Assembly (NCBI RefSeq): GCF_009914755.1
Contig: NC_060926.1
DNA from: the human T2T-CHM13v2.0 reference genome, Homo sapiens
DNA length: 64,000 bases
Reading direction: 5' to 3' (one strand)
The notes beneath the pieces are model-generated. The model saw nothing but the letters and a program-made list of their open reading frames with translations. It made no database searches and was not told the DNA's origin. The position numbers were made by a program, and so were the translations under genes. Shown here piece by piece: positions 56,401 to 64,000 of the stretch (position 1 is the stretch's first letter; each line of letters opens with the position of its first letter).

Positions 56401-59400
56401 ACTGGAATTAAAACTTGGGTCTCTAATCTGACGCCTGGGCTATATGACTGAATCTTGTCACCTCTGAAGGAGGTCACACTATGCCTCAGCTGGGGCACAA
56501 GGGGATGGTCTCAGACCAGCCTTTACTCCATCACAACAGCCTCCATGCTCAGACATGGTAGCCTCTGGGCACAGTCCCTAATCCTCTGCTTCTCAAACAC
56601 CAGCTCAATTTTAATTTCATTGCATGACCTTTAAAGCAAAAATTAAAGAATCTTGCAACATGTCAAAATCGATGAGCATCCTGGGTAATCCAGGCACTGC
56701 TGGTATCTGTTCACTTCATCCATGGGTTCTAGAGACCACGGCAGCCACTATAGCAGTAAGCGCCAAGCTTGGACAGTGGTAGTCTCCATTGGAAAATGAA
56801 ACCTAGAGGAGCCGGGATAATAAGATCCAGAGGGAGATTAGTGGACCCAATTATAACCTGTGTCCTTTTTGGCTTGCACTATATGAGTAGTTTTCATTTT
56901 TACTTTAATGTGGTGAAATCTTTTTATTCCATCAAATAAAATTTTAGTTCTATCCATAACAAATAAATACAATATTTGAAGATTAAATTAGATAATTCTA
57001 GACCTGGTCTATGAAAATAATTCTTTGATCCAGGGGGAGGAGTGTCAAAATTTGCAGTCATACATTAGCCTCAGTATTCATTTTGTTTGGCTGTTCTGGT
57101 TTGGTTGCTAAATATTAAGAAAATCTTGATTCACACAAATAAGCTGCCCACTGATAGAAGTTCTAGATACCCTGTTTTGCAATAGTAGATGTTTTTCAAT
57201 AAGACTGATCTAGAAGCGTTCAAAAGTAGGTATAATTGCTTTTTTTCTTCAAATTTGAGAATCGTTTGCATTTCTTAAAAAAGTAAAAGCCAGATAAATA
57301 TATAGTCAGTGCTAACACTTGCTATGATACGTTATTATTTTAATGTCATGTTCATCCATTCACTTGTTCTTGCTTCATTATTATGCAGTGGAAAGAGCTT
57401 GTAGCATGCAGGTGTTCCTGAGCATGGCTGGGTTTAAGGGGATGGGGCTGTGGAGCAGCGGTGCCCTCTCTGTATCCACGCTACCTGCGTGGGCCTGAGC
57501 AGACCTGATAATACATGACAGTGCAGTGTAACATCATTCCCAATTAAAGTTCACAGGAATCCCAGGGGAGGTGGGGAAAGATTTCCATTAAAGTCCCCAG
57601 AGTTAGCCTGGAGCTAAAGACTAACATTGCTAGTGCAGTGTGTTAAAACCTGATTCATGACACATTTGAAAACGATACCATTTTAACATAAAACTTACAA
57701 AATAATTAGAAATACTTCACAAGAGAGCCCAAAACAAGGAAAGGAAAGGGAAAAAATAAAACCCCACAATTTGCAACCCCTCTGAACCATCTCTACAGAA
57801 TGACTCTCTACTGAAGTGCAGAACTTTGCTATTCAGTGAGGTCTGGGAGCCAGCAGTTTTCTCATTCCCATAAGCTTATTATAAATGCGGAACCTCTGTA
57901 TCAGGGTCTTCATTTTAACCAAAGTTTGAGAAGCACTGAGTCAAGTAATAGAATTATTTCTATTCATAGTGGAATCTGAGTGATGTCCTAAAATTAAGAA
58001 GACCCTTACAGTAATCCAGAGAGCTCTACTGTCTGTGCGTTTCCTGATAGCTCCAATATTCCAACCGAGGTATCATAATCATGATGCTGAACAAAAGCCT
58101 GTGAGTGCAGGGAACACAAAACCTGCTTCCTAGTAGATGTGAGGTGGACTAACCCAACCAGATTTCTCTCCCATTAAATCTACAGCCCCTCTGTCAATTG
58201 CGTGGTGGACTTCCATTCTGATGGATCACTTCTAGGTCACTGAGATAAATGGGTTGATTAAAGAAATTTAATTATATTCTATTTTGTGAAAATGACCCCT
58301 ACCAAGCTAATAGGGGGTTCTCTTCCTTTGTGAATTTTTTGATATATATTATTTTATAGTTTGGTGGTAGGGGACTTGTTTCTAAAGTTCCCAGGTAGCA
58401 ATGTCTTGCTACTATTTTCATAGGCTCAGGTGGTTTGTCATACTAACAATATTAGTATGCATGATGCTGATACATTCTTCTTGATTCTGAATGTCCTCTG
58501 CTTTGAAGAACTGGCCTTTGAAGAACTGAGCACTTCAGGGTCATACATTTTTCAGTGTGCGGTAGAGTAGAGAGAGGACCTTTCCCTTTTCTGTTCAGTG
58601 GCCTTCACTGGCCCGTGCAGGGAGAGGCATGTGTGCCCTTTGTGCCCGGCTTCTTCTTGAACCCCAGCATTGTTGCTGGGATCACTGACGTGCATTGCAA
58701 ACTCATTCGATCATCTTTGCTTGTCCATTATCTGGGGATCATCGCAACAATCTGCGATTGACTCCCTGCTGTGAACTAGACCCTGGAAAATTTAGGAAAC
58801 TGACTTTTGACACTTTTCTTTTTATTCCCTTAATTTCTTAATGTCTGCATCTGCTGTAATTACAACAAATTTAAATTATAATGGAGATCCAACTGTGGGG
58901 GTAAAATGGGATTATGATAATTGTTAGAATGGAAAGACATAGAAATAGGTTTCAAAAGCTTTCAGAAAAGCTATCTGACCAAAACGAGATCAATGCGGTT
59001 GGCTGCTAATTAAAGCAAACAGACAAAGGAACGCAACCTAGCTGATTTTTAATGTATGAGCTTCATAACACAGCTTACATTAGTCAGCTTGCATTTTGAG
59101 GACTATTGAAATGTTTTGTTCTTTTGTCTCCAAGGAAAGCATATAGAAATTGAAACTGACCTTCAATTTTATAAAGAAGGAATGAGAATTCTTTAAAAGG
59201 GAGGTTACTCCATGGAGCATAAATACATTCAGATTCATGTATAGAGAATCATTTATCTGAACATTTGGGAATTTCAAAGGCCTGTCATTTGGTGTCCTAT
59301 TCATTTCAGTCTGTTATGGGAAATGGAGAAGAGGGAAATTTAACAGGGAAGAAAAATTATTTCCATAGGTTTTTATTTAAGTACACTGAGTATATTTTTT

Positions 59401-60109
59401 TATGCTCTTATCTTTTAAGCGATGATTTTCTCAAGATGTGTTCAGGTTGAAGATTTTTTTAAGAGGGGTAGGCATGTGTCTAAACAGTTCATATGTCTAA
59501 ATAACTGCAATAAAAAATGGGCACTTGGGCACACACAGTTAACTACTGTGCTTATTTTCTTAGACAAAGGACCATTTTCTTTTAATTTTTACAAGAGACT
59601 TAGAATGTACATGAATCAATAGGGGGCAATAATGAATGGTGATCATGAGGAGTGTGTTATCAGATGAGCTTAATCCAAAGGAGCAAAGGCCCTCCCCATT
59701 TAATTTGATTTCTAGAGTTTGATGAGGGAAGTAGAGGGCAGTCGGCTAGACTTGGGTTTAAATGTTCACTCTGCCCTCACTGGAAATCTGGAACTCGCTG
59801 AGTCTCAGGAGCTTCACATGAAAAGGTGACCCCACTACACCCCTCGTGAGTACTATGACAGCTGCATCCAGGCAGTGACACCAGGACAGGCCTGGCATCT
59901 CATGGGGCCCTTGAACATATTGGCAATGATACATGTCCAGTGCCCACCTTTCCAGGTGGATTGCCCACGCTCAGATATCTGAACATCTTCTTTTGTCCAG
60001 CTGGTCTCATTCCTGGGCTTATAATGTGCCTTAGGACAGCTTGACTCTCTTTTTAGAGACCATTTCCTCCATCAGCTGCATGAATGTCCCTTTACCATTG
60101 TCTGATAGC

Positions 60110-60222
60110 AAGCATATACACACATGCACACACATGCACACATATATGTATGTGTGAGTATATCTATAAATTTGTGTGTGTATATATGTGTGTGTATTTA
60201 TGTATGCACACATGCATATATA
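60110..60222. repeat. Mixed (CA)/(TA)/(TG) alternating purine-pyrimidine tract
   Basis: Read directly. Confidence 0.85.
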
Positions 60223-60602
60223 CTAACTAAAATAAAATATCTCTACATTTCTTTCCAGACTCATTGCAAAAGCCATGAGCAGAAATATACAAAAAGTGAG
60301 ATGGTACTTATATTCCCACCGGTAACCACTGTTAACAGTTTTCCAGTCCATTGAAGGACTTTCCAATCTCTTTACGTACAGACGTACTATTCGTTTTAAT
60401 GTCTCATGGCATTCTACAGTATGGGTGTACCATCATTTATTTAACCATTCCCTAAATGGTAGATTATCTATTAATTATGTTTTTAACTGTTATCAATGAT
60501 AATAATTTTACATTGTTTTTGTGCATGTAAAAATGCATTTCTGGGACATTATTGAAAGAAATAGAATTCTAGGTCAAAGCAGATATATAAGTTAAGTTTT
60601 TA

Positions 60603-61059
<457 letters not shown>

Positions 61060-61922
61060 TTATGCAGTCTCAAAAAAAAGAATGCAAATAAAATGACGCA
61101 AAATGTTTTTCTGTAATATTTGCAAATTAAGAAAAGTAAAATCCAGAGTTTTCCAATTTTGAGTAAACAGATTTATCAAAATACTACTTAAGGAGTTTAG
61201 GGAATTTGGGTGAACAACTTGGCCAATAGATTAAATCTAAAACCTGTTATTTTCACCAAAAGGCAACCATTGTGGAGACAAAGAGACAGACAGAGGAAGG
61301 GAAACTAGAGGTAGAATTCAGTGCTCCAGACTGAACAAATGGAAGTGGCTCCCAGGGTCAGCTCCCGGGCATTTGTGCAGAGCCTGATGGAGAAGCTGAA
61401 GTTCTCCTCAGGGATATGAGGGCCAAAGGTGGGATTTAAGAACAGAATTGTGAGCCAAGGCAGGTGCCGATGGGAGTGTTCTGGTGCCTGCAAAGGATGA
61501 TTTTTGAATGTAGAACAGACTTTAGCAAGATTTATTTTTGGTTTTAAAAAAGTGATGTCGAATTTCTTAAAATTTTAAAATCCTTGTTCTTTAAGTTTTT
61601 TTTTCTTTTTTTAAAATTCAACTTACAATGTCTTTTTCTATTTATAAATCTAGCAGGTCTTAGCTATCAAGTCTAAGGGACCTTTGGAAATGTTTAATCC
61701 TGGATTTAGTTATTTAAGTACCTTCAAATACTTTAAACTACATATGTGATATATTTTATTAACTTTCCAAGTTCATTGATTTGTTAGTGAACAAACAGAA
61801 TGTGACAAACACTTGTCAAACTTGAACATTCAGAAAATAAACATTTAACTTAAATGAACTTCTTTCTTAGGTTTTTTACTAAGGAAGATTTCAATTAAGG
61901 ATCTAAATCAGTTGTCTCATAC

Positions 61923-62230
61923 TTTTTTCTTTTTTTTTTTTTTTTTTGAGACAGGGTCTTACATTGTCACCCAGACTGGAGTGTAGTGGTGAGGTCATAG
62001 CCCACTGCAGCCATAAATTCCTGGGCTCAAGCAATCCTCCCACTTCAGCTTCTCAAGTAGCTAGGACTATAGGCGTGCACCTCCATACCCAGCTAATATT
62101 TGAATTTTTTTGTAGAGACAGGGTTTCCATGTGTTGTCCAGACTTATCTTGAACACCTGACCTCAAGCAATCCTCCTGCCTCGGCCTCCTAAAGGGCTGA
62201 GATCACAAGGGTGAGCCACTGAGCTCAGCC
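61923..62230 (-). mobile_element. AluJ
   Basis: Poly-T plus gagacagggtct, cctgggctcaagcaatcctcc, tttgtagagacaggg. Confidence 0.94.
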
Positions 62231-63679
62231 TTACACATTTTAAAGTGAAGTTTACAAGAATTATACTCGAATAGGCCAAATTCTCTTAAAAACTACAAAC
62301 ACAAAAGGACTATTAAAATATCTTCAAAGTTTTATTATAATCTTCCTACAAGAGACACAAACTAGAGCTGGCCAATTCAAAAATTCACTCTTGGCAGGGG
62401 ATCTTCATAAGAGAAAAGAAAAATGAGATATTCATTGTTAGACTTAATGTTTTTAGAAAAATTTAAAAATTAAAAACTCAATGAATGATTATTAGACTTC
62501 ATGACTTGATGTAAGACATTAAGATTCTAAGGGTAAGGTTCTTCCTAAGACTGTCAACTGATACTGAGTCTTAACCCTGTTAAAATTCATCATAAATATG
62601 CTCTAGTATTTTTTTTAACTTGGGAATGCTATTTTTTTCTGAGAAAAGTGAAAATTACAACACACAGAAGTTTCTGTCCAGGACCAGTTTTGTGACCTTT
62701 TTTCTCTTTCAGTACCATACTTCTTTACCCAAAAACATTCATACCATAGTTTTGATTATTTTAAACTTTTGATACTGAATTTGGAAACTTCTGGGCTTAA
62801 AAATTGCATGCCTAGGGAAGACGTGTAATGTGCTAAGTGATGAAGATTTGAGGCTGTCAGTGTTGGTGACTGTGGTGGAGCACTTTGGCCTCTATGCGTG
62901 GAAGCTCAGACAAGGTCTCCATAACATCCACAGTTGGCTGACCATGAAACCCATATCACTGTATCATTGGATTCAAAGACCAAATATGAATCCTCAATGA
63001 ATTTTCCATTTGCTTAATACACATTGATGAACTCTTACATTTTTCTGTACTTGTGGGATTATACAACTTAAGTTTTGCAATAAAAAGTTTGGTAGGTTAA
63101 ATGATTTTATTTGGCTTGCAATGATAACTAATAAGGTCTTTCTACTAAAAGCAGGCAGAGTCTGAAATTTTCTGACATTAGTAGTAAGAAAGAGGAAGCA
63201 ACCATGTTAACTTACACAGGCTCAGGACACAGAAAAACTCTGTCATGTGCAAAAAATGTAAACTACAAGAGCAGGGCAGGGGCAAAGGCTGTCTTCTGGG
63301 TTAATCTATTTTAAAGATTTCACAAACTAGAAGCGAAGAGGGATTGAAAATAGAATTGACATCTCCTTTCCCATTGGGAATTTGTAGAATAAATTTGATA
63401 TCATTATGTTAATTGTGCAAACGTACATATTTTTTCTTTAGTGTAATTTTATTTCAAATTAATCCATTTGTCATATTAAGATTCCTTTTCCTACCAAAAA
63501 TTATCTTTAAAAAAAATCTAAACTGACAACTCCACATTGCATAACAGTGTCTGGAATCAGTGCAAAATATGCAAAGCCCCCTAACCCTCACTTTGGCAGA
63601 AGTGATGCCTCAGATGTAGGCTTAGGTATCACTTTTAGGGAGATGATCTGGCATTTGTTTGAAGGAGGATGTGCAGTGC

Positions 63680-63870
63680 TCCAGAGTACAGGCTTCAGTG
63701 ACAGGTAGTATGCTTCACCTTCCTGACTCTGTCGCTTTGTACTTGGACAAGTTATTCACCCTCATCTAGTCTCACTTTTTAAATCTGTAAAACAGGGGAA
63801 ATAATACCATTAAAGCAACATCCCAGATGTGATTGTGAGCACATGTCAAAGTTTTTTCAAGCTTCTTGGC
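63680..63870 (+). mobile_element. MIR
   Basis: cttggacaagttattcacc, atctgtaaaacaggggaaataatacc, gattgtgag. Confidence 0.7.
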
Positions 63871-64000
63871 CAGGGAAAAGCCTTAAAGAAGCCAAGATCA
63901 AAATTTCCTCTTGGTGGAGATATTTTGTAGGAGAATAGGAAGGAAAAAAAAGTTTGGTTAAAAATTATTAAGATAGTCTTAAGGCTAGTTTAAGGTTATT

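Overview
Primate (most likely human) genomic DNA from inside a large neuronal gene. Three spliced + strand coding exons (11757-12021, 31797-31946, 34779-34950; 265, 150 and 172 bp) join in frame through canonical GT-AG introns. They encode a laminin-G domain of the Caspr/CNTNAP family that I recognise as CNTNAP5; exon numbers 8-10 are assigned by analogy with CNTNAP2. The rest is intron, rich in Alu, L1, L2, MIR, solo LTRs (MLT1, MLT2, MER31/34/39/41-like), hAT transposons (MER1A, MER3, MER5, MER20) and simple repeats. I see no evidence for a new protein-coding system; the other listed ORFs are repeat-derived or short chance ORFs. The most unusual structures are: a ~185-bp copy of downstream unique DNA plus an Alu left arm pasted inside a MER41 LTR; a ~1-kb G/T-rich 22-bp minisatellite with higher-order structure inside a MER20; a tandem duplication of an Alu end whose two copies grew different microsatellites; and several template-switch-like scars. 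Repeat subfamily names come from remembered consensus sequences and need RepeatMasker/Dfam confirmation.
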